Assembly: GCA_050633305.1 (NCBI GenBank)
Contig: JBOEGF010000001.1
Coordinates: 1 to 64,000, forward strand
Direction: 5' to 3'
Source: Nannocystales bacterium
GTDB taxonomy: Bacteria; Myxococcota_A; Polyangia; Nannocystales; Nannocystaceae
Length of the DNA: 64,000 nucleotides
The notes under the pieces are model-generated. The model ran no database searches. It was not told the DNA's origin and worked only from the letters and a program-made list of their open reading frames with translations. Position numbers and translations under genes: made by a program. Position 1 is the stretch's first letter. Each line of letters begins with the position of its first letter. Positions 31,624 through 41,003 of this stretch are shown one piece after another.

Positions 31624-33069
31624 CTACTGGGCGTTACGGCGCCGCGGCGCGCGACGGCGGTCGGGCGGGGCCTTGTCGCCTTTGCGGACCCGGACCATGG
31701 AGCCGGGCGCATCCGCGTGCTCGTACACGTTGATCCACCCGTTGGGCAGCACCGGATCGAGGGCGTCGAACACACGCTTGGCGTCCTTGGGGGCGAGGTT
31801 GATGCACCCGTGACTGACGCGGTTCCCGAATCGGTTGTGCCAGTAGGCACCGTGCAGGGCGAAACGACCGTCGAAGTACATGGCCCAAGGGACAGCTTCG
31901 ACGTGATACGCGTCGTCGTCCCCTGCGCGCGAGCGCATGTCGGTGAGCGCCAGCTTGCTCTCCATCCGGTACAGGCCCAACGGGGTGGGGTTCTTGCCGG
32001 TGCCCGAGGAGATGACGGTCGTGAAGATGGGCGTGGTTCCCCGCATCAACACCAGCGTCTGTTGCGTGACCTCGACATCGACCCACAGGGCGGTGTCCGC
32101 GATGCCCTTGGGCGGGGCTGCGGGGATGAAGCGGCGGATCGCCCGTGCTTCGACCCACCCACTTCCGTCGTGGAGTGGATAAAACACCGTGCCCCGCTTT
32201 CGGACAGAGGCGTCGTCCACAACCACCGTGGTTTGAAACGCGAGGGCACCCGATGTCTTGGCGTCGGGGTGAGGGGTGCTCAGCTTCGACGCTTTGGGCC
32301 AGGCGACGACCCAGGCCAACGTTCCCTCTGTGGGCAGGGGATCGTTGAGGAGGTCGCGGCCTTCGAAAGCGCTCGGCTTGAACCGTCGCACGTCGGCCTC
32401 TTTCACGACGCGTCGTGTGTCGTCCTCAAGTACCCGCTCGCCGTTGGCCCACCGCCTTCGCACGAAGGCGTAGTCATGATCTGCGGCGAGTTCTCCAACG
32501 GGCGCATCGCCTCGGCGCAGCGCGGCGCGGGACCGCCAGAGTGGAGCCGCGTTTTCGCCCTTGCGTCGTTTGGCATATCGAAACGGCGTCAGTCCGTTTC
32601 CCCCGATGCGCGGCAGCGGGAACGGCTCGGGCCCATCGACGACCGTGCTGCGGCCCAGGCACACGTATGCAGCGACGCCGACTCGGGCCCATCCCGCCTT
32701 GCATTCCGGATCCCCTTCGACGAACTCGAGCACGTGAAACGTTTCGCCCCGTGCAATCTTGCCGCGGAAGGCTGCGGAAAAATCCGCCGCGTCGTAGAGC
32801 ATCGTCGCCCGCTGTGCCTTGCGGAGCTCAAGCGTTGGGACCGGCTCTGGCGCGCGCGGCTGGGGCTCCTGCTTCGTTGTGCTCGGCGGTGCCGGGGAGG
32901 CAGGATCCTCGGATGGGGGGGGCGCATCGGCAGGCGTTGGCTCCGCTTCTGACTGCACGAGTGCCGGCACATCCGGCAACACGTCCGGCGCCGGCGAGGG
33001 CGCCGGGTCGCGGTCACAAGCACTGGCCCACAACAAGGCCAAGCACGCGTAGGTGCGCGATGCTGGCAT
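31624..33069 (-). CDS. L,D-transpeptidase (YkuD family) lipoprotein
   Basis: LWASAC lipobox; ISSG..TPLG, VPWAMYF, ALHGAYWH..SHGCINL catalytic motif. Confidence 0.92.
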   Translation of the reverse strand: MPASRTYACLALLWASACDRDPAPSPAPDVLPDVPALVQSEAEPTPADAPPPSEDPASPAPPSTTKQEPQPRAPEPVPTLELRKAQRATMLYDAADFSAAFRGKIARGETFHVLEFVEGDPECKAGWARVGVAAYVCLGRSTVVDGPEPFPLPRIGGNGLTPFRYAKRRKGENAAPLWRSRAALRRGDAPVGELAADHDYAFVRRRWANGERVLEDDTRRVVKEADVRRFKPSAFEGRDLLNDPLPTEGTLAWVVAWPKASKLSTPHPDAKTSGALAFQTTVVVDDASVRKRGTVFYPLHDGSGWVEARAIRRFIPAAPPKGIADTALWVDVEVTQQTLVLMRGTTPIFTTVISSGTGKNPTPLGLYRMESKLALTDMRSRAGDDDAYHVEAVPWAMYFDGRFALHGAYWHNRFGNRVSHGCINLAPKDAKRVFDALDPVLPNGWINVYEHADAPGSMVRVRKGDKAPPDRRRAPRRRNAQ

Positions 33070-33100
33070 GCGATCGCGTATGCCATACTCGGCCGCGTTC

Positions 33101-33922
33101 ATGGCGACGAATTTCCGCGGCACAGACGACTACATCGTTTCCGAAGAGTTGGCCCGATCGGTCGATGTGGCGATGCACTTGGGACGGCCTCTCCTGCTCA
33201 AGGGAGAGCCTGGTACCGGCAAGACCCTTCTGGCGGTCAACCTCGCGAAGGCCATGAACATGGCGCTCGAGCGTTGGCAGGTCAAGTCCACGACCAAGGC
33301 CGCCGAGGGGCTGTACGTCTACGACACGGTCCGTCGCTTGCACGACAGCCGCTTTGGGGACGGCGAAGTTTCCGACATCCGCCAGTACATCGACATGGGC
33401 CCACTGGGGCGCGCGTTCAAGAGCGAGACGAAGAACGTGGTGCTCATCGATGAGGTCGACAAGGCGGACCTCGAGTTCCCCAACGACCTCCTGCACGAGA
33501 TCGATACGATGAGCTTCACGATCCCCGAGACCGGGGAGACCGTGACGGCCAAGCATCGGCCTGTGGTCATCATCACCAGCAACAACGAGAAGGAGCTGCC
33601 CGACGCGTTCCTTCGCCGCTGCGTGTTCCACTTCATCGAGTTCCCGCAACGCGAGCTGATGGAGCGGATCGTGGCGGTCCACCATCCGGACGTCGAAGAG
33701 AAGCTCCTCGCAAACGCGCTGGAGGCGTTCTACCGGTTGCGCGCGGTCGATGGGCTGCGCAAGCCTCCATCGACGAGCGAGCTGATCGACTGGATCAGCG
33801 CGCTTCGACACGGTGGCATCAGCGAGGCGAAGTTGCTCGGGGCAGGGTTGCCGTTCTTGGGCACACTGCTCAAGAAGGAGCAAGACGTCGACATGCTGTC
33901 CCGTCGTCGGGGCCGGGCGTAG
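33101..33922 (+). CDS. MoxR family AAA+ ATPase
   Basis: Start at MATNFRG; GEPGTGKT, LIDEVDKA..FPNDLL, TSNNEKELPDAFLRRC. Confidence 0.93.
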   Translation: MATNFRGTDDYIVSEELARSVDVAMHLGRPLLLKGEPGTGKTLLAVNLAKAMNMALERWQVKSTTKAAEGLYVYDTVRRLHDSRFGDGEVSDIRQYIDMGPLGRAFKSETKNVVLIDEVDKADLEFPNDLLHEIDTMSFTIPETGETVTAKHRPVVIITSNNEKELPDAFLRRCVFHFIEFPQRELMERIVAVHHPDVEEKLLANALEAFYRLRAVDGLRKPPSTSELIDWISALRHGGISEAKLLGAGLPFLGTLLKKEQDVDMLSRRRGRA

Positions 33923-33939
33923 CCGACCTGGGAGCCGCG

Positions 33940-35154
33940 ATGTTCCTCGACTTCTTCTACAACCTTCGTACCGCAGGGGTACCGGTCAGTGCCCACAACT
34001 GGCTGGCGCTCATGCGAGCCATCGCCGACGGGTTGCACGAGAACTCGCTCGACGGCTTTTACCAGGTCGCCCGTTGTCTACTTGTCCCCACCGAGACGCA
34101 CTACGACGCGTTCGACCAGGCGTTCGGGGTCACGTTTCGTGGGGTGGAGGCTGACCTCTCCGCGCTCGTTGAGAATCTCGACGAGTGGCTCAAGGACCCG
34201 AAACAGCTCGCCTACCTCGACCCGAAGCTGCGGGCCGAGCTCGAGGCGATGGACATGGACACGTTGCGACGCGAGCTGCTCGAACGGCTGGAGCAGCAGA
34301 AGAAGCGACACGAGGGGGGGAACCGCTGGGTCGGAACTGGCGGAACATCACCGTTTGGGCAAGGGGGAGCGAACCCCGCTGGCATTCGTATCGGCGGGAA
34401 GGGGGGCTCCCGTAGCGCGCTGGCGGTGGCGGACTCGCGTCGCTTTCGGGCGTATCGCAAGGACTTGGTGTTGGACACCCGTCAGATCGCCGCTGCGCTC
34501 CGCAAGCTCCGGACGATGGGTCGCAACAGCGTCGACGACGAACTCGACCTGGACGAGACGGTCAACGCCACCGCGCGCAATTGCGGTGACCTCGAAATCG
34601 TGATGCGCCCGCCTCGGAAGAACGACGTGCGGGTGTTGTTGATGATGGACGTCGGCGGAAGCATGGATCCGTTCGCACGTTTGGTGGGTCGCTTGTTCTC
34701 GGCCGCCCACAACACGGGCGGGTTCCGAGAGCTGAAGCCCTACTACTTTCACAACTGCGTCTACGCCCAAGTCTACGAAGACGCGGCGTTTACCAAGCCG
34801 GTGCAGACCGATGAGCTCCTCCGCAAGTACGACGCGAGCTGGCGGATCATCATGGTCGGGGACGCGTACATGCACCCGGGCGAGCTGATGATGAGCACGT
34901 CCAACTGGTGGGATGGTCGCGGCGGCCCGGTGGGCATCACGTGGCTTGCCCGATTGGCCGACCGGTTTTCGCATGCGGCGTGGCTCAACCCGGAGCCCCC
35001 ACACGTTTGGGACGCCCCCACGATCTCGGAGATTCGCAACGTCTTCGACATGTTTCCGCTGACGCTCGCGGGGCTCTCCGACATGGTGCAGGCGCTGCGT
35101 CATCCGCCGCATCCGGCACGTCGGCACCGCGTTCACACCATTGCGCGCGGGTAG
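33940..35154 (+). CDS. VWA-domain protein (CoxE-like), MoxR partner
   Basis: GGNRWVGTGGTSPFG, MDVGGSM, YFHNC, VGDAYMHP, WLNP. Confidence 0.9.
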   Translation: MFLDFFYNLRTAGVPVSAHNWLALMRAIADGLHENSLDGFYQVARCLLVPTETHYDAFDQAFGVTFRGVEADLSALVENLDEWLKDPKQLAYLDPKLRAELEAMDMDTLRRELLERLEQQKKRHEGGNRWVGTGGTSPFGQGGANPAGIRIGGKGGSRSALAVADSRRFRAYRKDLVLDTRQIAAALRKLRTMGRNSVDDELDLDETVNATARNCGDLEIVMRPPRKNDVRVLLMMDVGGSMDPFARLVGRLFSAAHNTGGFRELKPYYFHNCVYAQVYEDAAFTKPVQTDELLRKYDASWRIIMVGDAYMHPGELMMSTSNWWDGRGGPVGITWLARLADRFSHAAWLNPEPPHVWDAPTISEIRNVFDMFPLTLAGLSDMVQALRHPPHPARRHRVHTIARG

Positions 35155-35187
35155 CGGGTCGCACGCAGACGTGATATCGCCACAGGC

Positions 35188-36120
35188 ATGCGACGCCTGC
35201 TTTGGACCTCGTCTTTGTGCGCTGTGGCGCTCTCGTTGGCCGGCTGTCCCTCTGAGGAGGAGCCCGCCAAAGACGACAAGAAAGAGACCAAAAAGGAAAA
35301 GAAGGAGGAGGGCGAGCAGGATGATGCTGGTTCGCTGATGGTGGCTGAGGGCGATGGCGGGGTCGATGGTCCGGTGCCGCCCGAGGTCTCGATGGTGTTC
35401 TTCTCGGTCGAGGGCGCCCTGTATCCGCTGGCCTGCTTCGACAAAGACGCCAAGGCGATCAAGACGGGTTCGGCTTGCCTGAAGATGGTCAAGCCCGGTG
35501 ACGCCGTCCGGGTCGCCTCGCACGACTCGCAGTACAACAAGAAAGCCGGCGAACCCGTCGAGCCACAGTGTCTTGCCGGTTCGGGCAAGAAGGTCGCGAT
35601 CGGCGTGGAGGGCATCACCGAAGGTGCGGACTTCCTCTACGGAACCTGGCCGCCCGCGGGCATCAAGGTGATCAAGGAGGTCTCCGAGGACTCGACCGGC
35701 CCCGGCGCGGTGCAGATCGGAGATGAGGAAGCCTCGAAGCTCAAGGCGGCGATCTCGGCCGCTGGCGGCAAGGTCGGCGACGAGCTCAAGGTGCACCAAG
35801 TCGCGGAGATTCAGGGGCGGACGGCCAAGGATAAGGTCTACTCGGTCTACGTGCCGGACCCGAAGGTCCTCGAGCAATACAAGTGGAGTGGGGCGTTCCT
35901 CGCCGAGGGCGGGAATCTCGACAACCTCACGCTCATCGCGAAGTCGAAGAGCAAGAAGGACGTCTTCGAAGTCCGCGGCTCGATGGACCTCGACGGAGAC
36001 AAAGTGAACGAACTCTGGATGCGGATTGTCTTCGCGGAAGGTTCGGGCGACCAGATCTTCACGCTCAATGGAGGCAAGGTCAGCGGCGTCGGCAAGTGGA
36101 GCTGCGGCGCGGTCCGCTGA
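35188..36120 (+). CDS. Hypothetical lipoprotein
   Basis: MRRLLW..LSLAGC lipobox; Lys-rich; DLDGDKVNEL possible Ca-binding loop; strongly GC3-biased codons. Confidence 0.8.
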   Translation: MRRLLWTSSLCAVALSLAGCPSEEEPAKDDKKETKKEKKEEGEQDDAGSLMVAEGDGGVDGPVPPEVSMVFFSVEGALYPLACFDKDAKAIKTGSACLKMVKPGDAVRVASHDSQYNKKAGEPVEPQCLAGSGKKVAIGVEGITEGADFLYGTWPPAGIKVIKEVSEDSTGPGAVQIGDEEASKLKAAISAAGGKVGDELKVHQVAEIQGRTAKDKVYSVYVPDPKVLEQYKWSGAFLAEGGNLDNLTLIAKSKSKKDVFEVRGSMDLDGDKVNELWMRIVFAEGSGDQIFTLNGGKVSGVGKWSCGAVR

Positions 36121-36138
36121 GCACACGCCGTTCACGAA

Positions 36139-36186
36139 GAAACCCCGCCGTGACCACCAGGTCCGGGCGGGGTTTCGGTCGTTTTT
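36139..36186. terminator. Intrinsic terminator between convergent lipoprotein genes
   Basis: GAAACCCCGCC (36139-36149) pairs with GGCGGGGTTTC (36166-36176); a T-run follows on the plus strand. Confidence 0.7.
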
Positions 36187-36254
36187 GACGACTGTCTCGG
36201 GACCCGGCGTCCACCTGAAGTGAACGCCAACACCGTGGCCGCCTTCACTTCGAC

Positions 36255-36989
36255 TCAGCGGGCCTTCGGCACCAAGCCCTGACGTTTTGCGCCCTTGGGC
36301 GGAGCCTTGGCGGTGGCCATTTGCGACACGACGGCCTCCAGGCCCTCGGGCGTGCAGGTGGACTCGTTCCATGCCAATCGGCGGACGTTGGGCCACGCGG
36401 GGTCTCCGGCAACCCAGGCGTAGCTAATGCCACTGTACGTGAGCGTGTACGCGCCGGGCGTGTTCTTCATCTGCTTGACCTCGATGTCCGCTCCGAAGCG
36501 GAGCTTGAGCCGGTTCGCCTCGGTGTCGGCTGCCTCCTTGGGCGAGGGGGCATCGACGAACGAAGCGCGGAACCACACCGGCTTCCCCGATTCGCCGTCG
36601 TGGAAGTAGTAGCCGCAGCTGCGCTGGAACGACTCCCCAAGATACAGAGGTTTGCCGCAAGACTTGGCGGCGGCCTCGGCATCGAAACCAGCCTCGTTCA
36701 AGCAACAGTGCGGCTCGGGGAGTTTCGGGGCGTACAGTCGACAGAAGCCATTCGACTCATCGGGTTTTCCCGATCCCTTGCCCTTGATGTCTTCTACGCT
36801 CGTCTGCGGGAGAGCGTCGGCGGCGTAGAGGTCGTCGCCGATCTTCACGACACGGGGGTCGGACTCGTCGACCTGGGGTTGTGCCTTGGGTGCCGGTGCC
36901 GGGCTGGTGTCTTTGACCTCGGCGGGGCAGCCGAGCGTAGCCACCAGGCCCGCTCCGAGAAATCCCAGGGAGGCGATGCGTACGCGCAT
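36255..36989 (-). CDS. Hypothetical Cys-containing lipoprotein
   Basis: MRVRIASLGFLGAGLVATLGC lipobox; several further Cys. Confidence 0.78.
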   Translation of the reverse strand: MRVRIASLGFLGAGLVATLGCPAEVKDTSPAPAPKAQPQVDESDPRVVKIGDDLYAADALPQTSVEDIKGKGSGKPDESNGFCRLYAPKLPEPHCCLNEAGFDAEAAAKSCGKPLYLGESFQRSCGYYFHDGESGKPVWFRASFVDAPSPKEAADTEANRLKLRFGADIEVKQMKNTPGAYTLTYSGISYAWVAGDPAWPNVRRLAWNESTCTPEGLEAVVSQMATAKAPPKGAKRQGLVPKAR

Positions 36990-36999
36990 GGGGGGCGGT

Positions 37000-38193
37000 T
37001 TACCGTCTCGGGCGGCGTCTCGCCAAGGCCACCGGGACGCAAATCCACCAGGCCCATGCGCTGCCGCCGGGACCGCCGGGACTGCGACAACCGCAGCCGT
37101 CGTCAGCGGGCACCGGGTCTGGAGGCGGGTCCTCGCCGACCTCGACGGTGAAATCGACGCGGCTCTCGTTGCCGGCCTCGTCGGCGACGACCACGTGGAA
37201 GTCCCAGGTGCCGATCGGGAGGTCGGTCACGGAGAAGCCGGGGTCGACGCGGATGCTTTCGTTGTCGGGTCGTGCGTCCTCACCGAGCCACGCCCACACC
37301 GAGTATGCCTGCGGGTGTTGGTCGTCGCTGGTCTCGAACACGACATCGAAGTTGGCCGGAGCCTGGAAGTATTGCCCGTCCGAGGGCTCGAGCAGCTCGA
37401 CCACCGGCGCCTCGATGTCGACGTAGGCCGGACCGAACAAGCGCGTGAGCCGGGCGGCGGCGTTCTGGCGGTTGGAGTCGCCGCACTGCGCCATGTTGAG
37501 CTCGGGACACGCGGCTTGGCCGGGGTTGAGTTCGGTGTCCTCCACCATGCCGTCGCACTCGTCACGGAAGTACGTCGGAGCGTTGTCCCCGCTGGGGAAC
37601 ATGACCGAGCCTTCGAAGTCGATGTGGTCGAGACCCCAGGAGTGCGCTGCCTCGTGCAGTGAAGTTGTGGCGCCGCCATTGACCCATTCATTGAGGTCGC
37701 CGTCGAGGTGAGCGAAGGCGATCTGGTTGGGAACGTCGTCGTCGCAGTCCCCCGCTGGCGCGCTGCCGAGTGCTCCGTACTCCGACTCGGTGCCGCCGTA
37801 CACGACCATCGTGTAGTTCCCGCTTTCAGGACGCTGTGCGGTGACACGCACGCCGAACTCGGCCACGTCGCTGCGCATGGCCTGGAGCACTCCGACCTGG
37901 GTTTGCACGGTCCCCGAGAACGGAGGGAACGGCGCTTCGTAGTTGTACCAACTGCAATCACGGCGCGAGTCCGACGGGTTGCACTCTTCGAGCTGCACGC
38001 CGCCAAAGTTCACAAACAGCGTCGTGTTTTCGCCCAGGGCGTGCGGAGCAGGTGGAGTGGTGAACTCGTCAAGGGCAGGGCGAGGAGGCAGGGGGGCGTC
38101 GAGCCTGTGGGACGGCGCGGCGACCGTGGGTCCCGCAGCGAGCCACAGCACGAACCCGAGCACGAGGGAGCCGCTCAACGACGGCGCCTCCAT
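37000..38193 (-). CDS. Secreted metzincin-like protease with Ig-like domain and MYXO-CTERM-like tail (paralog 3)
   Basis: Signal peptide; LFVNFGG; HEAAHSWGLDH; SVMFP Met-turn; GCGCRS..WWICVPVALARRR. Confidence 0.8.
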   Translation of the reverse strand: MEAPSLSGSLVLGFVLWLAAGPTVAAPSHRLDAPLPPRPALDEFTTPPAPHALGENTTLFVNFGGVQLEECNPSDSRRDCSWYNYEAPFPPFSGTVQTQVGVLQAMRSDVAEFGVRVTAQRPESGNYTMVVYGGTESEYGALGSAPAGDCDDDVPNQIAFAHLDGDLNEWVNGGATTSLHEAAHSWGLDHIDFEGSVMFPSGDNAPTYFRDECDGMVEDTELNPGQAACPELNMAQCGDSNRQNAAARLTRLFGPAYVDIEAPVVELLEPSDGQYFQAPANFDVVFETSDDQHPQAYSVWAWLGEDARPDNESIRVDPGFSVTDLPIGTWDFHVVVADEAGNESRVDFTVEVGEDPPPDPVPADDGCGCRSPGGPGGSAWAWWICVPVALARRRPRR

Positions 38194-39338
38194 CCTGCGA
38201 GCAGGAGCGTGGTCCACACAAGGCTCGAAGGTCCTCGCCCAGAGCCCTGTTTGCGGACTGAGCAGGTGGTCGCGCCTTCGGGAGAGCCACCATCGGCGTC
38301 TTGGTCTGGAACCTCGCTGCCCTCAGGGAGGATCGTGAAGCGGACCGTATCCTCGCTGGCGTTGCCGCCCTCATCCGTGAGCACGACCCGTAGCTCGTAG
38401 TCCCCGGGCTCGGGGTTGGTGATCGCCAGCTCGAGGTCGCCTTCGAGTCCGACGTCGGTGCGCCGGTCACCGACCGACTGCCCGTTGTTGAAGACGTCGA
38501 TGTCGTAGAACTGCGGGTGCAGTTCATCTTCGATCGCCCCGCGCAGGATGAACGTGGTGGGGAGGACGAATGTGGACCCGTCGGGTGGGTACACCAGCTC
38601 GAAATCGGGAGGCTCCACGTCGGGCACGTGAGGGCCGAACAGGAGCAGCATCTCGCGATAGCTGTTTTGAAAGCCGGCATCGCAGAACTGCGTATGGATC
38701 TGGTTGCAGCTGCCAGGGGTGGGCTCGAGTGAGGTGTTGGCGACGATCGGTAAGCACGCATCGACGAAGCTCTGGGTCAGACCCGCCGCCTTGAACGGGT
38801 TCATGACGTCGACCTCCGAGTCGACGTGTTCGAGTCCCCAGGTGTGTGCCGCCTCTTGCAGAATCACGGTGGATCCCGTGTTCGAAGCTGTGAACGCCTG
38901 GGTGAAGCTTGTGTCGCCCAGGTTGAGATCCTCGCAGTCGATGTAGGGGGCGACACCTGCGAAGTCCTGCTCTCCGAGGTCGCCGTAGATCACCATCGTG
39001 TAGTCAACATCCTCCGGTGGACGTTGCGTGACGACGCGGACACCGAAGTCGGCCACCGTCTTGCGAGTGGCTTGGAGGATCGACATGCGCTGGGTGACGT
39101 TGCCGGCATACGGGCCGACGTAGCCGTCAAAGGTCTCCGCCAGAGAACTGCAGTCGTAGTGCGGGTCGTTTCCGCAGCCACGCTGGAGAACCGCGCCCTC
39201 GAAGTTGATGTAGAGCAGCTCAGGCGTCGTCTGCCGCGGAGAGGCTCCAACGGGCGTCGGCGCGGCACCGAGCGGTGGCGTACCCGTGGGACCGACGAGG
39301 ACGGTGGAGAGCCACAGCATCGAGGTTCCTCCGAGCAT
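38175..39338 (-). CDS. Secreted metzincin-like protein with Ig-like domain and MYXO-CTERM-like tail (paralog 2)
   Basis: LYINFEG; QEAAHTWGLEH; DVMNP; TCSV..LLLAGWRRRR. Confidence 0.8.
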   Translation of the reverse strand: MLGGTSMLWLSTVLVGPTGTPPLGAAPTPVGASPRQTTPELLYINFEGAVLQRGCGNDPHYDCSSLAETFDGYVGPYAGNVTQRMSILQATRKTVADFGVRVVTQRPPEDVDYTMVIYGDLGEQDFAGVAPYIDCEDLNLGDTSFTQAFTASNTGSTVILQEAAHTWGLEHVDSEVDVMNPFKAAGLTQSFVDACLPIVANTSLEPTPGSCNQIHTQFCDAGFQNSYREMLLLFGPHVPDVEPPDFELVYPPDGSTFVLPTTFILRGAIEDELHPQFYDIDVFNNGQSVGDRRTDVGLEGDLELAITNPEPGDYELRVVLTDEGGNASEDTVRFTILPEGSEVPDQDADGGSPEGATTCSVRKQGSGRGPSSLVWTTLLLAGWRRRR

Positions 39339-39444
39339 GAGGCCAAGGCTAGCAGGCTGGCGTCATGTTCGGGACCAGCATGTGCACCCCAGCGTCAGCG
39401 GTGACGGCGCAACTGAGCTGCGTCCTCGAGGGGGCAGGGCTCCG

Positions 39445-40827
39445 TCAGTCTCGACGCCGGAACGCAACGAGCCCGAGCAGGGAGACCGCCGCCCATCCAA
39501 CACCGGAGGTGGGGTTCTCGACCGCGCAACCTCCTCCGTCGCCATTGGCACCCGCACCTGCGCCGTCGGTCTCGACGCCGCTGTCGTCGCCACCGTCGTC
39601 GTCGCTGCCCCCCTCACCAGCCTCGCCGCCGCCGGCTTCTCCTTCGCCACCCCCGCCACCTCCGGAGGATTCAGCACCTCCGTCCGTGCCACCGCTTCCT
39701 CCACTCCCGCTGCCCGTGGGGGGGTCGCCGATGACCGTGAACGTGACAGAGTCCGATGCCGGGTTGTCGTCCTCGTCCTCGGCGGTGATCGTGATCGTGT
39801 ACTCCCCGCTCTCGAGCCCCTGAATGGGAAAATCGAGCTCGGACGGTCCCGCGTAGGCCCCGTCGCTTTCCACGGGAGCTTCGAGAGTCCCGCCGTCGAT
39901 CGTGAGCGTCGCATTGATGATGACCGGCGACTGGTTGTCCTCGAAAGACACCCTGAGGTTCACCTCGCCCTCGAGCATGTCCCCCTCCGCCGGCTCGAGG
40001 ATCTGAACGGTGGGCGCTGTGGTATCGGGGATGCTGGGGCCGAACAATGCGAGCAACTCGCGGTAGCTGTTTTGAGAGTTGCTACTGCAGAAGTTGGTGT
40101 GCATTTGGTTGCAGTTCGCGCCTGTGGGGGAGGTCGAGCCGTCGTCGTTGAGGGTCACGATGGTGAGGCACTCGTCCTTGAAGATCTTGTTTTGCCCCTC
40201 CGTGGTTGGGTAGAGCAGGTCGCCTTGGTCATCGATGTGTTCCAGACCCCAGGTATGCGCGAGCTCTTGCAGAATGATCTCGGACATGCCGTCGGAGTTG
40301 CCGGACGCTTCGAGGGTGAAGGAGACCTCACCGCCCCGGTTGTCGAAACAGTCGATACTCGGTGCGACGCCTGCGAAGCCAGGATTGTCCAACCCTACCC
40401 AGTCGCCCACCATCTCCATGTCGTAGTCGCCGCTGCCAGGGCGGGTGTCGGTGACGGTGATGCCAAAGTCGTTGAGCCGGGTGCGGACGATCTGGATGAT
40501 CGAAGCTCGTTGGGCGGCGTCACCCGTGTAGGCCAGGACGGTGCCGAAGAAGAGGTTCGAGCAGTTGTTCTGGGGCCCGGAGTTGCAGGCGTTCATGTTT
40601 GCGCCGTCGAAGTTGACGAACAGAATCTTGTCGCCGAGCGCCATCGTGTGATCCGGGCCATCCAGCGCATCGGAGCCGGGGAGCTGCTGCGGAAAGGTGC
40701 CGGGCGAGGGCTGCATCGGGAGCGCCCCGTCGGCTGTGTCAGTCGGGTCCGGGGCGAAGTCGCTGCCCGGCGGAGTTGCGAGAAGCAGGAGCGTGGGCAA
40801 TGACAGGATGGAACCGACAAACAACAT
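39445..40827 (-). CDS. Secreted metzincin-like protein with Ig-like domain and MYXO-CTERM-like tail (paralog 1)
   Basis: Start at MLFVGSIL after GGAGG; LFVNFDG; QELAHTWGLEH; Gly/Asp linker; GGCAV..LLGLVAFRRRD. Confidence 0.82.
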   Translation of the reverse strand: MLFVGSILSLPTLLLLATPPGSDFAPDPTDTADGALPMQPSPGTFPQQLPGSDALDGPDHTMALGDKILFVNFDGANMNACNSGPQNNCSNLFFGTVLAYTGDAAQRASIIQIVRTRLNDFGITVTDTRPGSGDYDMEMVGDWVGLDNPGFAGVAPSIDCFDNRGGEVSFTLEASGNSDGMSEIILQELAHTWGLEHIDDQGDLLYPTTEGQNKIFKDECLTIVTLNDDGSTSPTGANCNQMHTNFCSSNSQNSYRELLALFGPSIPDTTAPTVQILEPAEGDMLEGEVNLRVSFEDNQSPVIINATLTIDGGTLEAPVESDGAYAGPSELDFPIQGLESGEYTITITAEDEDDNPASDSVTFTVIGDPPTGSGSGGSGGTDGGAESSGGGGGGEGEAGGGEAGEGGSDDDGGDDSGVETDGAGAGANGDGGGCAVENPTSGVGWAAVSLLGLVAFRRRD

Positions 40828-41003
40828 CACAAACCTCCGAGAATGCGACCGTTCGTCGCATGCCCGGAGCGTAAGACACCTGCGTGCAGCCCGGGGGGTG
40901 GAATCGCGGAAAAAACAGGGGCTGATTGATTTGTACCCAGGCGCGCACGAAAAACGCCGACCCCAGGATGGGGCCGGCGTTCGGAGTCGGTCAGCGCGTC
41001 GCC

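Noticed and set aside
33101..35154. MoxR-VWA pair as a novel system
   Set aside because: Well-known, widespread gene pair.
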